A DNA stretch of 64,000 nucleotides. Source: a virus (lineage: Duplodnaviria > Heunggongvirae > Uroviricota > Caudoviricetes). Position 1 is the first letter of the stretch. Each line of letters begins with the position of its first letter. The notes beneath the pieces are model-generated. The model did not search any database and was not told the DNA's origin. It was given only the letters and a program-made list of their open reading frames with translations. Both the position numbers and the translations under genes were made by a program. Shown in pieces: positions 9,920 to 20,219 of this stretch. The stretch lies in the IMG/VR virus record IMGVR_UViG_3300031857_000056, positions 38,590 to 102,589 of that record. One strand, given 5' to 3'.

Positions 9920-11287
9920 ATGCCTATATCAAGAATAACCAGAAATAGTCTAGTATACGCCAATAACAAAACTCAAAACATTGAGTCTAGACTATTTGGC
10001 TTACCAACACAATCAGGCTCACTTTATTTGCAAAATAGTCAATCACTATATTTGCAAGATTTAAGCGGTACATACGTACTAGAATATCCTTCCGCAATCG
10101 CATTATCCTATAACAGTTACTACAATAAATTCATAGCCGATAGGTCCACCCAAAACTCATTACTAACAACACGTTATTATACCAGTGAAAGTAAAGCTAC
10201 TGGCGATTTTGGCTATATACTGTACCAAAATAGTAGATCAATGTATACTCAAGCTACCCCAGACATTTATTTGCTTGAATATAGCGCTACAAGCAGTTTG
10301 TTAACTGATACAGGATCAAGTGCTTTATCGCTCAAAACACGTTACTTTGTTAGTGAAAGTAAAGCTACTGGCGATTTTGGCTATATATTGTATCAAAATA
10401 GCAGATCAATGTATACTCAAGCTACTCCAGACATTTATTTGCTTGAATATAACGCTACAAGCAGTTTGTTAACTGATACAGGATCAAGTGCTTTATCGCT
10501 CAAAACACGTTACTTTGTTAGTGAAAGTAAAGGAAGTGGTAACTTTGGTTATATACTGTATCAAAATAGCAGATCCGTATATCTACAAGATCCAAATAGT
10601 ATACTTTTATTATATGATCCAGATATTATACCAGTTGGCACCAGTGCAAGTTTACAAGAAACTGGATCAAATGTTTTATCTTTTAGAACTCGTTATTATA
10701 TCAGTGAAAGTAAAGCGTCAAGTATATATCTAGGTTATCAAAATGATAGAAGCATCTATTTAGAAAATACTGCAAATCCATTTGTCATAGAATATAACGG
10801 TACAAGCAGTTTGTTAACTGATACCGGATCAAATGCTTTATCTTTTAGAACTCGTTATTATATCAGTGAAAGTAAAGCGTCAAGTATCTTCTTGGGTTAT
10901 CAAAATGATAGAAGCATCTATTTAGAAAATACCGCAAATCCATTTGTCATAGAATATAGTGGTACAAGTAGTTTGTTAACTGATACCGGATCAAGTGCTT
11001 TATCGTTCAGAACCAAATACTATATCAGTGAAAGTAAAGCGTCAAGTATCTTCTTGGGTTATCAAAATGATAGAGCTGTATATTTGGAGAATACTGATAA
11101 TCCATTTGTTATAGAATATAGTACTACGAGCAGTTTGTTAACTGATAGCGGGTCAATTAATCAGTTATTATTAACAAAGTATTATCTCAGTGAAAGTATA
11201 GCGTCAGGTAGTTTATATATTGGATATCAAAATGATAGAAGTATCTATTTAGAGAATTTAACCGATGTATTTGTTTTGGAGCCATAA
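9920..11287 (+). CDS. structural protein built from seven ~56-aa tandem repeats
   Basis: Repeat 'TRYY.SESKA.G.FGYILYQN.RS.Y...........EY.ATSSLLTDTGS.ALS.K'. Confidence 0.6.
   Translation: MPISRITRNSLVYANNKTQNIESRLFGLPTQSGSLYLQNSQSLYLQDLSGTYVLEYPSAIALSYNSYYNKFIADRSTQNSLLTTRYYTSESKATGDFGYILYQNSRSMYTQATPDIYLLEYSATSSLLTDTGSSALSLKTRYFVSESKATGDFGYILYQNSRSMYTQATPDIYLLEYNATSSLLTDTGSSALSLKTRYFVSESKGSGNFGYILYQNSRSVYLQDPNSILLLYDPDIIPVGTSASLQETGSNVLSFRTRYYISESKASSIYLGYQNDRSIYLENTANPFVIEYNGTSSLLTDTGSNALSFRTRYYISESKASSIFLGYQNDRSIYLENTANPFVIEYSGTSSLLTDTGSSALSFRTKYYISESKASSIFLGYQNDRAVYLENTDNPFVIEYSTTSSLLTDSGSINQLLLTKYYLSESIASGSLYIGYQNDRSIYLENLTDVFVLEP
10178..11280. repeat. 168-nt tandem repeat, about 7 copies; first two copies nearly identical
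   Basis: 10178-10345 and 10346-10513 are almost identical at DNA level. Later copies are diverged. Confidence 0.75.
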
Positions 11288-11348
11288 AAAATAAAGTTTA
11301 TATCATAACATTCTTTATATTTATAAACAGAAATCGTAATTTTATAAA

Positions 11349-12716
11349 ATGTCAACAGGAATAAACAACAATATTGATTGTAAATTGCAAGGCAAAGTTC
11401 GTGTTGTGGTTATGGAAAAAGACAAAATCATACACGACACTGGTGAAATAAAAAATATGATCACCAATCAAGGTATGGATGAAGTTGCAAATAGACCATT
11501 TGCTGAATTATTCGCTTGTTGTGCAATTGGAACTGGAACTGCTGATACTAAAAAAACCAATGTTCCCATAACTGGTTCCATAACATCAGGCAATGGTTTT
11601 GATATTAATTTAAGAGGCAGTGTTTCTCGTAGATCTGGATCATTGGTAACGTTTCCCAGAACAAGTGTAGCATTTCCTATATCAGGCAGTGTTATTAGAG
11701 CAAGTGATGTGGGTAATATCATTAAAATAAACAACGATAATACTTTTAGAATAAGAGCACAAACTGGTATTAATACAGCCAGAAGTTGTAGTGTATTAAA
11801 TATGGATGGTACTGTACCAACAGGATCCTCAAGTGATAATAATTATACCATTTGGTTTACCAATCAAATTAGTATGTCAAATGAAACACAAAGATGTGGT
11901 AGAACATCAGATGGCAATAACTTTCCTGCTGCATCAGGTAGTTATGGTACAAATTGTAATAGTCAAATTTATAGCAGCGGTATAATTCACAGTCGTCAAT
12001 TTAATTTTGCAACCGCATTGGTTGATGATACAAATACAATCACTGAAGTTGGATTGAGTTGGTTACCATTTTATAGAAGTCCAGCATTGTTTAGTAGAAT
12101 TCGTTTGACCCAAGGCAGTGCTGGTAATGCGATACCTGCTGTATTGGCTGGACAAAACGTGGTGGTATTTTATTCACTAAACGTTGGTATGTCGCCTACC
12201 ACAGCTACAACCGGTTCTGTTAATATAACTGGTAGCAATAAAGGTGGTAATTCACAAATGAATTTGTATGGATTAAGCAAAGTAAGTAGCAGTGGAGTAA
12301 CAACTTATTTTGATGGTGGGTTACACGGCAATGAACCATATTATTTTAACCAAAGAAGTAAATACGGACTACCAGATACAGTTTTTAGACCACTGTATAT
12401 ATTTACATCCGCAACTGATACTGCAAGTCCTACGTGGGGTACAAATATAACTAGAAATAGTAGTTTTATTACCAAATCAATTGATAAAACACCTGTATAT
12501 AGTAGAGTATATCCCACCAGCAGTTATGGTTATACATTAACCAAAGTGGCTACATTCAATGATACTGAATCTATCAATGCAACTTGGAACAGTTTTGGTG
12601 TGGGTGTACATACAGCCAGTAACTTGATGTCATTTGTATTTGGTGCTACTCAAAATAAACAAAATGGATATTTGTTAGCAATATCTCAATCGTTTACTTG
12701 GAATAGAATATTTTAA
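11349..12716 (+). CDS. hypothetical virion protein (Ser/Thr/Asn-rich)
   Basis: 455-aa ATG ORF within the structural block. Confidence 0.45.
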   Translation: MSTGINNNIDCKLQGKVRVVVMEKDKIIHDTGEIKNMITNQGMDEVANRPFAELFACCAIGTGTADTKKTNVPITGSITSGNGFDINLRGSVSRRSGSLVTFPRTSVAFPISGSVIRASDVGNIIKINNDNTFRIRAQTGINTARSCSVLNMDGTVPTGSSSDNNYTIWFTNQISMSNETQRCGRTSDGNNFPAASGSYGTNCNSQIYSSGIIHSRQFNFATALVDDTNTITEVGLSWLPFYRSPALFSRIRLTQGSAGNAIPAVLAGQNVVVFYSLNVGMSPTTATTGSVNITGSNKGGNSQMNLYGLSKVSSSGVTTYFDGGLHGNEPYYFNQRSKYGLPDTVFRPLYIFTSATDTASPTWGTNITRNSSFITKSIDKTPVYSRVYPTSSYGYTLTKVATFNDTESINATWNSFGVGVHTASNLMSFVFGATQNKQNGYLLAISQSFTWNRIF

Positions 12717-12736
12717 TATTAATAGTTATAAGTTAT

Positions 12737-13915
12737 ATGCCACAACCAATATCACAATTAGCAGACTATACAACAATAACAGGATCCGCATTTGTTCCTA
12801 TTGTTGATGTTAATGAAACAGTATCATCAAAAAACAAAAAGATCAGTGTAGATGATTTGAGAAAAACTTTCTTTAAAAGTGGAGTTCTTCTTTCATCTTC
12901 TTTCACAGAACATACGCCGGGTTTTTATTACTTTGGTGACAATCGTGATGGTCGTCTCAATTTAACAGGTTCAATTGCCACTGTTAGAACTTTTGTAAGC
13001 AGATCGTTCGCAAGTACACAAGATGGCGCACCTGTCGTTAAAAACTTTAGTTCGTTGTTCATTTCCAGAAGTGTGGTGGTGAGTCCAACCAATAGATGTA
13101 GAGGATTGTTGATATTTGTGGATGGTGATGCAACCATCAGTGGTAGCATAAGTATGACTGCTAGAGGAGCGAGGTTTACAGGAAGCGACGCTTCCTTCAC
13201 AACAATAAATCCGCCATATTTGGGTGATTACTGGAGCACGCAGTTGTTTCCGTCTGCGAGTTATTTGAGCAGAGTATTTGCGGTTGGAGCGGCTGGTGGT
13301 ACGGCTGGCCCCGCTCCATCTAGCGTTGGTGGCGTTGGTGTCACTGGTATACTGGGAAGAAGTGGAGGTGGAGGAGGCGGCGGTGGACAAGCAGCCGCGG
13401 GTGGAGCGGGATCAACAGGCACATCTTTTAGTGGTGGATCTGGTGGTGGAGGAGGTGGGCCATCTCCAGGAGCAAATGGCTTTGCATTTGGTGGTCAAGG
13501 TGGTCCAACGCTTGGTAGCGGCGGCGCCGGATCAGGCAATCCAGGTGGAATAACGCCAGCTCAGCCGCCCAGTAGTCCACTCCCAGTCTCAGCACCAAGT
13601 GGTACTGGTGGATTGTTAATATTAATAGTGAAAGGTAATTTAAGAATTGGACCAAATGGATCAATTACGGCTAATGGAATCAGTGGTGGTAATGGACTTG
13701 CTGGTTTTGGAACTGCTGGTGGCGGTGGAAGTGGAGGTGGAGTGTTATATATTTATTATGGTGGGTCTTTAACAAATAATGGCACTGTAACTGCTAATGG
13801 TGGGTCAGGTGGTTTAACTGGTACACCCTCGCCAGCTCTTAATCAAGGCGGAGCAGGAGGAGCTGGAACTGCGATAATATCAAAATTAAACGTTGCATTT
13901 CCAGTAGCAAACTAA
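12737..13915 (+). CDS. glycine-rich tail-fiber-like protein, paralog 1
   Basis: N-terminal 'ISQLADYTTITGSAFVPIVDVNE' motif, 'NRCRGLLIFVDGDATISG' motif, GGGGGG runs, C-terminal 'GGLLILIVKGNLRIGPNGSITANG...VLYIYYGG.LTNNGTVTANGG'. Confidence 0.6.
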   Translation: MPQPISQLADYTTITGSAFVPIVDVNETVSSKNKKISVDDLRKTFFKSGVLLSSSFTEHTPGFYYFGDNRDGRLNLTGSIATVRTFVSRSFASTQDGAPVVKNFSSLFISRSVVVSPTNRCRGLLIFVDGDATISGSISMTARGARFTGSDASFTTINPPYLGDYWSTQLFPSASYLSRVFAVGAAGGTAGPAPSSVGGVGVTGILGRSGGGGGGGGQAAAGGAGSTGTSFSGGSGGGGGGPSPGANGFAFGGQGGPTLGSGGAGSGNPGGITPAQPPSSPLPVSAPSGTGGLLILIVKGNLRIGPNGSITANGISGGNGLAGFGTAGGGGSGGGVLYIYYGGSLTNNGTVTANGGSGGLTGTPSPALNQGGAGGAGTAIISKLNVAFPVAN

Positions 13916-13927
13916 ATAATTATTTAT

Positions 13928-15052
13928 ATGCCTACAAGAATATCAGATTTACCCGAATATACAACAATAACATCATCAGCATTTGTGCCTATTGTTGATG
14001 TTAATGAATTGGTAGCTTCAAAAAATAAAAAAATAAGAATTGACGATTTAAGAAAATATTTTTTCACAGGCACAACCACCAGCAGTTCTTTCACAGAACA
14101 TACCCCAGGCCTTTATTACTTTGGCGATAACAGCGACGGACCTCTTAACTTAACAGGCTCTATCGCCACCGTTAGAACTTTTGTAAGCAGATCCTTCGCA
14201 AGCACTCAAGATGGCGCGCCTGTCGTTAAGAACTTCAGTTCATTGTTCATTTCCAGAAGCGTAGTAGTGAGTCCAACAAATAGATGTAGAGGAATGTTGA
14301 TATTTGTGGATGGTGATGCAACTATTAGTGGTAGTCTACGAATGAACGGCAGAGGTGCTTCCGCGGTTGGAGCTGATGCGTCTTTTACAACAATAAATCC
14401 GCCATATTTGGGTGATTACTGGAGCACGCAATTGTTTCCTTCGTCGAGTTATTTGAGCAGAGTATTTGCTGTAGGCGCAGCAGGTTCAGGCTATGGAACT
14501 GATGGGGTAACTGGTGTAAATGGAAGATCTGGTGGCGGAGGAGGTGGGTCTAGTTATGGTGCACCGACAGCAGGTTCAGGCGCAACCGGCACATCGTTTA
14601 GTGGTGGTTCTGGTGGAGGTGGATCCCAGGTTAACGTCATCGCCGGAGGAAGTGCGAGTGGAAATGGTGGCGCAGGGGGAAATGGCGCAACCGGCCCCGG
14701 CGGTACCGGCGGCGGTGGAGCTGGAAATCCAGGCGGCACTCCAAATGGAGGTGTAGGAACAGGTGGATTATTAATATTAATTGTACGAGGTAATTTAAGA
14801 ATTGGGCCAAATGGCAGTATAACATCAAATGGTAGCAATGGCGGAAATGCAAGTAGTCCAACGCAGGGCGGAGGAGGAGGTGGAAGTGGCGGTGGGGTGT
14901 TATATGTATATTATGGCGGTACACTAACAAACAATGGCACTGTAACCGCATCTGGAGGCACCCGTGGCACGGGTGGAAACGTTGCTGGAAACGGTGGAGC
15001 TGGAACTGCTATATTATCAAAATTAAACGTTGCATTTCCAGCAGCAAACTAA
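13928..15052 (+). CDS. glycine-rich tail-fiber-like protein, paralog 2
   Basis: About 70% identical to paralog 1 over the N-terminal 200 aa, with the same C-terminal motifs. Confidence 0.6.
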   Translation: MPTRISDLPEYTTITSSAFVPIVDVNELVASKNKKIRIDDLRKYFFTGTTTSSSFTEHTPGLYYFGDNSDGPLNLTGSIATVRTFVSRSFASTQDGAPVVKNFSSLFISRSVVVSPTNRCRGMLIFVDGDATISGSLRMNGRGASAVGADASFTTINPPYLGDYWSTQLFPSSSYLSRVFAVGAAGSGYGTDGVTGVNGRSGGGGGGSSYGAPTAGSGATGTSFSGGSGGGGSQVNVIAGGSASGNGGAGGNGATGPGGTGGGGAGNPGGTPNGGVGTGGLLILIVRGNLRIGPNGSITSNGSNGGNASSPTQGGGGGGSGGGVLYVYYGGTLTNNGTVTASGGTRGTGGNVAGNGGAGTAILSKLNVAFPAAN

Positions 15053-15065
15053 TATTTAATAATAT

Positions 15066-16100
15066 ATGGCAAATAAACGTATAACAGATTTAACCGAAGC
15101 AACTTTTGTAAGTGCGAGTAATTTTTATGTTGTGTATGATCCTACAGCTACACAAGATCAAAATGCTGATGGTTATACTGATTTTAATAAAAAAGTAAAA
15201 CTAAAAAATATTTGTACCCAAGTAAGTCAATCAGCCATCACTTGGTTTGGTACAGGCGCAAATGGTGCTTTAAATACAACAGGTAGTGTTACTTTTACCA
15301 CTACAAATGATCAAGAAGTATTTGTGAGAAATTATACATCTCTCACAGTAAATGCTGGTCATACAATGACTGTAAGCAACAGATGTAGAGGATTGTTGAT
15401 ATATGTTGGGGGAGATTGTACTATAAATGGTACAGTAACAATGTCAGGCAAAGGAGCCAACTCGGTTGGAACAGCTGCTCATTATGTATATCAATCTAAA
15501 AATTACTATGGCAACTTTATTCCCCAATATCAATTTAACAGCGTAAAATTATATGGATCTGGTAGTGCCGGTGGACCCGCAAATACTGCTGGTAGATCCG
15601 CAGGCGAAGGTTATACAGGTGGTGGAGGCGGTGGAGGTGGAACTGGTGGTGCTGGTGCAGCAGGCACCAGTTGGAGTGGTGGATCAGGTGGAGGTGGTGG
15701 ACCATCTGCAACTGCAGGCACTATAAATGGTGGTGCTGGTGGTAATGGTACAGCTGCGAATACTGGTGGTGGTGCTGGTAATGGTGGTGGCAGTGCTGGT
15801 CCAGGTGGTATAGCTGGTGGTACTGGTACAGGTGGTTTGATTATTTTTGTGGTAAAAGGTACATTTACATTGGGAAATACAGGTGCAATAACTGCAAATG
15901 GTGTTGCGGGTGGAAATGGTAGTGCAGGAGGAGGAGGAGGTAGTGGAGGTGGAAGAATAGTTGTATTATACAATCAAAATTATATAAATAATGGTGGTAC
16001 TATTACTGCAAATGGTGGAGCTGGTGGAGGAACTGCTCCAACTGCTGGTGGCAGTGGGGGAGCCGGTAGCATAACAATAAGAGAAATAGGAATTTGGTAA
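15066..16100 (+). CDS. glycine-rich tail-fiber-like protein, paralog 3
   Basis: 'ITDLTEAT' N-terminus, 'NRCRGLLIYVGGDCTINGT', Gly-rich C-terminus. Confidence 0.55.
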   Translation: MANKRITDLTEATFVSASNFYVVYDPTATQDQNADGYTDFNKKVKLKNICTQVSQSAITWFGTGANGALNTTGSVTFTTTNDQEVFVRNYTSLTVNAGHTMTVSNRCRGLLIYVGGDCTINGTVTMSGKGANSVGTAAHYVYQSKNYYGNFIPQYQFNSVKLYGSGSAGGPANTAGRSAGEGYTGGGGGGGGTGGAGAAGTSWSGGSGGGGGPSATAGTINGGAGGNGTAANTGGGAGNGGGSAGPGGIAGGTGTGGLIIFVVKGTFTLGNTGAITANGVAGGNGSAGGGGGSGGGRIVVLYNQNYINNGGTITANGGAGGGTAPTAGGSGGAGSITIREIGIW

Positions 16101-16117
16101 AATATTTATAAAGTTAT

Positions 16118-17359
16118 ATGGCAATACCATCACAAGCAATATCTCAAATGACTACCTTGGTAGGTAGTAATCGTAACGACAATTGTTTATTTACATTGTA
16201 TAATGCATTAATATCGTCCAGTGTCAATCAAAATTTAAAAGCAAGAATAAGTACCCACGAACAATTTTATAGCAACAACAATACCGTCATAAATCAAGGT
16301 ACTTATAATAATTACTTTGGAACAGGCAAAGATGGTAGTGTAACCATAAGTAGCAGTGCGCAAATAAGTTCATCCACATCTCCAGCTGGATTAAATAATA
16401 TTAGTCGTGAATTTGGCGACCCAGTTATAAAAAACTTTCAAAATTTAACCATCAACAGTGGTGTATTGTTCAGCCCATTAAGAGCTTGTAGAGGAATGAT
16501 AATATATTGTACTGGCAATTTAACAGTAAACGGCACTTTGAGTATGACTGGTAAAGGTGGAGGCGTTGGTTCTAAAGTCGCGTCTCCTATTGGATTTGCT
16601 ACAAGCACCGATTCAAGATATGATTTGGTGGATGCTACATTATATTTTAACAATTTTTCATCAAGCACTGCAGGTGGAAGAGGAATACCTACACATTGGA
16701 ATTGGGCGCCTAGTGGTAGTATTTGGTTTAATAATTATAAGATTAGAGTGCCATTGAGTGGGAGTGCTGCTGGAGGAGGACCAAATAATGGTGGTAGTGC
16801 GGGAATATTTTGTTGTGGAGGTGGAGGTGGGGGTGGTCAATCAAACCCTGGCGCGGTAAGGGCAGGAGGATCCGGTGGTAGCGGAACTATATTTCTAGGA
16901 GGAGGGGGAGGAGGAGGAGGATCATACGGCGGCGGCGCCGGCACCAACGGCATATTTGAAGCTGGTGGAATTGGCGGATTTGGGCCTAATCCAGGATTAG
17001 GCCCAAATGGTTCTGGCGGAGGTGGAGCTGGAACACCTGCTGGACCTGGCTCCGGAGGCGCTGGTAATACAGGCGTTGGTGGATTAATTATATTAATAGT
17101 ACGTGGTAATATTACAATAAACGGCACAGTTTCTAGTGGTGGCGCAAATGGAGGTAATGGAACTACTGGAGGTGCTGGAGCTGCTGGCGGTGGCGGTGGA
17201 AGTGGCGGTGGTAGGATAATAATTATTTACGGCGGTACATATAGTAATGTTGGTACCATTGTGGTTAATGGTGGCTCCGGCGGCGCCGGTGGCCCCGGCG
17301 CACTCACTGGTGGTGCTGGTGGTGCGGGTTCTATAACTATAAGAAGGGTAAATGTTTAA
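16118..17359 (+). CDS. glycine-rich tail-fiber-like protein, paralog 4
   Basis: 'RACRGMIIYCTGNLTVNGT', Gly runs, 'GGLIILIVRGNITINGT'. Confidence 0.55.
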   Translation: MAIPSQAISQMTTLVGSNRNDNCLFTLYNALISSSVNQNLKARISTHEQFYSNNNTVINQGTYNNYFGTGKDGSVTISSSAQISSSTSPAGLNNISREFGDPVIKNFQNLTINSGVLFSPLRACRGMIIYCTGNLTVNGTLSMTGKGGGVGSKVASPIGFATSTDSRYDLVDATLYFNNFSSSTAGGRGIPTHWNWAPSGSIWFNNYKIRVPLSGSAAGGGPNNGGSAGIFCCGGGGGGGQSNPGAVRAGGSGGSGTIFLGGGGGGGGSYGGGAGTNGIFEAGGIGGFGPNPGLGPNGSGGGGAGTPAGPGSGGAGNTGVGGLIILIVRGNITINGTVSSGGANGGNGTTGGAGAAGGGGGSGGGRIIIIYGGTYSNVGTIVVNGGSGGAGGPGALTGGAGGAGSITIRRVNV

Positions 17360-17365
17360 AATTTT

Positions 17366-18589
17366 ATGGCTACACAAATATCAAGTTTAACAACACTAGT
17401 TAATGGCGTAAACAGTTATGATTGTTTTTTGCCATTGGTTGATCCAACATTAGCATTAGATTCTCGTAATGTTAAAATTAGAATAAGTACCCACAATGAA
17501 ATGTTCAGCAACAACTTTGCTGTAGCTAGTTTGAGCAGTTATGCAAACTATTTTGGAACAGGCAAAGATGGTAGCTTAACCATAAGCAGCAGTGCTCAAG
17601 TAAGCGCTTCATTGAATAATATTAGTCGTGAATTTGGCGACCCAGTTATAAAAAACTTTCAAAATTTAACCATCGGCAGTGGTATATTATTTAGTCCACT
17701 AAGAGCTTGTAGAGGTATGATAATATATTGCACAGGCGATTTAACGGTGAATGGTACCATAAGTATGACTGGTAAAGGTGGAGGCGTTGGTTCTAAAGTC
17801 GCGTCTCCTATTGGATTTGCTACAAGCACCGATTCAAGATATGATTTGGTGGATGGCACATTATATTTCAATAATTTTTCATCAAGTACAGCGGGTGGTT
17901 ATGGAATACCTACGCATTGGAATTGGGCGCCTAGTGGAAGTGTTTGGTTTAGGAATTATAAGATACGAGTGCCATTGAGCGGAAGTGTTGACGGTGGCAA
18001 TGGTGCATCGACCGCTGCGGCTTCGGGTAATGCGGGATCAGCTGGTATATTTAGTTGTGGTGGCGGCGGTGGTGGTGGTTCCGGAGAATCGCAGTATGGT
18101 ACTTTTGGATCAGGAGCTTCTGGAGGCAGAGGAACTATATTTTCTGGTGGTGGCGGTGGAGGAGGCGGCGGCGGTGGATGTTGTGGTGGCAATGTACCTG
18201 GTACATCTGGTATTCTTGAAAGAGGAGGAGCAGGGGGAGCTTCTCCTAACGGCCCAGCGGGTGGAGGAGCGGGAACTACAACTACTGGTGGAAACGGTAC
18301 ATTAGGTGTTGGGGGATTATTAATATTAATTGTACGTGGAAATATAATAATTAATGGAACTATTAGTTCAAATGGAGCTAGTGGTGGAAACGGAGTACGT
18401 ATTAGTAAAGGATCTGGTGGAGGAGGTGGAAGTGGCGGTGGTCGAATAATTATAACTTATGGCGGTACATACACTAATGCGGGTTCCGTTGTTGCAAATG
18501 GTGGATCAGGTGGTTCTGCCAGCTCTGGCGGTGGTCCAGGTGCGTCTGGTGGTGCTGGATCTATAACTACAAGAAAGATACATATATGA
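17366..18589 (+). CDS. glycine-rich tail-fiber-like protein, paralog 5
   Basis: Close paralog of 16118..17359, including a shared 200-nt near-identical block. Confidence 0.55.
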   Translation: MATQISSLTTLVNGVNSYDCFLPLVDPTLALDSRNVKIRISTHNEMFSNNFAVASLSSYANYFGTGKDGSLTISSSAQVSASLNNISREFGDPVIKNFQNLTIGSGILFSPLRACRGMIIYCTGDLTVNGTISMTGKGGGVGSKVASPIGFATSTDSRYDLVDGTLYFNNFSSSTAGGYGIPTHWNWAPSGSVWFRNYKIRVPLSGSVDGGNGASTAAASGNAGSAGIFSCGGGGGGGSGESQYGTFGSGASGGRGTIFSGGGGGGGGGGGCCGGNVPGTSGILERGGAGGASPNGPAGGGAGTTTTGGNGTLGVGGLLILIVRGNIIINGTISSNGASGGNGVRISKGSGGGGGSGGGRIIITYGGTYTNAGSVVANGGSGGSASSGGGPGASGGAGSITTRKIHI

Positions 18590-18954
18590 GAGATAAAATT
18601 ATAATATATAGCGTTCATGACAAAACGAGCAGAGAATTTGTTGCTGCATATGGTAACAGAAACGACGTTACTGTGTTGGAAGATGACGGATATAGTGTTC
18701 GAATAAAATATCCATACATTAGTGCTTTTCCAACTGTAATAATAAATACACCTTCATATACGGAGTCTTTTATTGTAGATGAAGGTGGAGGCGGTGCATT
18801 TGTAAATTTAGATTCTATTGGAAATGAAACAATAGTGCCAGAAGATGTAGAATATATTAGATCTCCTAAAGATTGGAATGAAGTACAACAACGTATTGAT
18901 TATTGGGAAAACAAAGTGCCCAATTGGAAACAAACTGATACTAGATATTTATGA
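18586..18954 (+). CDS. hypothetical protein (paralog of 20220..20549)
   Basis: 'MRDKIIIYSVHDKTSREFVAAYGNRNDVTVLEDDG' and 'DYWENKVPNWKQTD' shared with the downstream copy. ATGA overlap with neighbours. Confidence 0.5.
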   Translation: MRDKIIIYSVHDKTSREFVAAYGNRNDVTVLEDDGYSVRIKYPYISAFPTVIINTPSYTESFIVDEGGGGAFVNLDSIGNETIVPEDVEYIRSPKDWNEVQQRIDYWENKVPNWKQTDTRYL

Positions 18955-19625
18955 CAAGATATACCATTTTAGGCGAACGTAGATCAGGTACTAATTTTTT
19001 GCAACATTGTATAACTGACAACTTCAATTTACAATTAGATTGGTTAAAAGGATGGAAACATTTTTTTGGATGTAATGGTTATGAAGATAAATTGAAGAAT
19101 AACCAAGACGTAATATACTTGTGTATTGTTAGAAATCCAATTGATTATTTTGTATCATTTTATAATTCTAAATTGATGCAAAGTGAAGAACGTACAAAAG
19201 ATATTGAAACGTTTTTATTATCAGAATTTTATTCAGTTTATAACTATAAAAACGGATTAATTGACGTATCAGACGACTATAATTTTAAAAATAACAATAA
19301 GCGTTACAAAAACATATTTGAAATGCGATCCGTTAAATGTAAATATTTGTTAGATGATATGCCTAATTTAGTGAGTAAATATCATTTTATAAGATATGAA
19401 GATTTAAAACATAATACTAATACTGTATTGAATACAATTAGTGATAAATTTAATCTTATAAAAAAGAATGACAATTATTTAATAAATACAAATTATGTCG
19501 GTGTAAAAATTAATGGAGGTGTTATAACAGAAAATTATCAAGTTGAAGATAAAATAAAACAGATAATATATAACAATATAGATTTATCGACAGAACATAG
19601 AATGGGTTATTTGACCGATATATGA
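18951..19625 (+). CDS. sulfotransferase-family protein (PAPS-dependent)
   Basis: 5'-PSB-like 'GERRSGTNFL' and 3'-PB-like 'IVRNPIDYFVSFY' (RxPxDxxxS) motifs. Confidence 0.5.
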   Translation: MTRYTILGERRSGTNFLQHCITDNFNLQLDWLKGWKHFFGCNGYEDKLKNNQDVIYLCIVRNPIDYFVSFYNSKLMQSEERTKDIETFLLSEFYSVYNYKNGLIDVSDDYNFKNNNKRYKNIFEMRSVKCKYLLDDMPNLVSKYHFIRYEDLKHNTNTVLNTISDKFNLIKKNDNYLINTNYVGVKINGGVITENYQVEDKIKQIIYNNIDLSTEHRMGYLTDI

Positions 19626-20185
19626 AATTATACTCATATGATATAACTGAATTTAATTTTAAAGAGCAATTACAAACTGTTTTGAACGTGTCTAATTTAG
19701 ATGATTTGGGGGAAAACAAAGATAAAGAGAAACTGTATTCTGAGTATATTTTGGGTAAACAGTTTTTAGATATGTATGTACAGTTTATAAAAAAATATGT
19801 TAGAAATTTGTACGATGACGTTATAGCATATCAAACTAAACCAGTATGTAGATTGGTATATAAAAATAAATTAAATATGCATAAACTTCATAAAGACAAG
19901 TGGTATAGAAGAAATACTATTTATAGTGATATGCAGATAGATAATATTTTTTTACCATTTACAAATGCTTTTGATACAAACACAATTTGGACTGAATCAG
20001 TTGAAGACAGTCACGATTTTTTTCCGATAAATTGTGATTACGGACAATTTGTACACTGGGATGGTTGCAATTTACTTCACGGTAATAAATTTAATAATAC
20101 TAACAAAACAAGACTGAGTATAGATTTTAGAGTTTATAAATACAAAAATTTATTACACCCAGAGTATTCTTTATTGAATTTTTAG
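19622..20185 (+). CDS. hypothetical protein, possible 2OG-Fe(II) oxygenase-like
   Basis: H-K-D ... 'VHWDG..LHG' ... 'RLSIDFR' resembles an HxD..H..RxS triad. Weak. Confidence 0.3.
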   Translation: MKLYSYDITEFNFKEQLQTVLNVSNLDDLGENKDKEKLYSEYILGKQFLDMYVQFIKKYVRNLYDDVIAYQTKPVCRLVYKNKLNMHKLHKDKWYRRNTIYSDMQIDNIFLPFTNAFDTNTIWTESVEDSHDFFPINCDYGQFVHWDGCNLLHGNKFNNTNKTRLSIDFRVYKYKNLLHPEYSLLNF

Positions 20186-20219
20186 AAGAAAAACTATTTA
20201 TTAGTTACACAAAGAGATT

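Noticed and set aside
13278-18305. Pro-rich or His-rich antisense ORFs over the glycine-rich paralogs (e.g. 14554..14838, 15611..15973, 16837..17127, 17956..18192)
   Set aside because: Reverse complement of GGN-rich coding sequence gives CCN (Pro). None has an independent start context.
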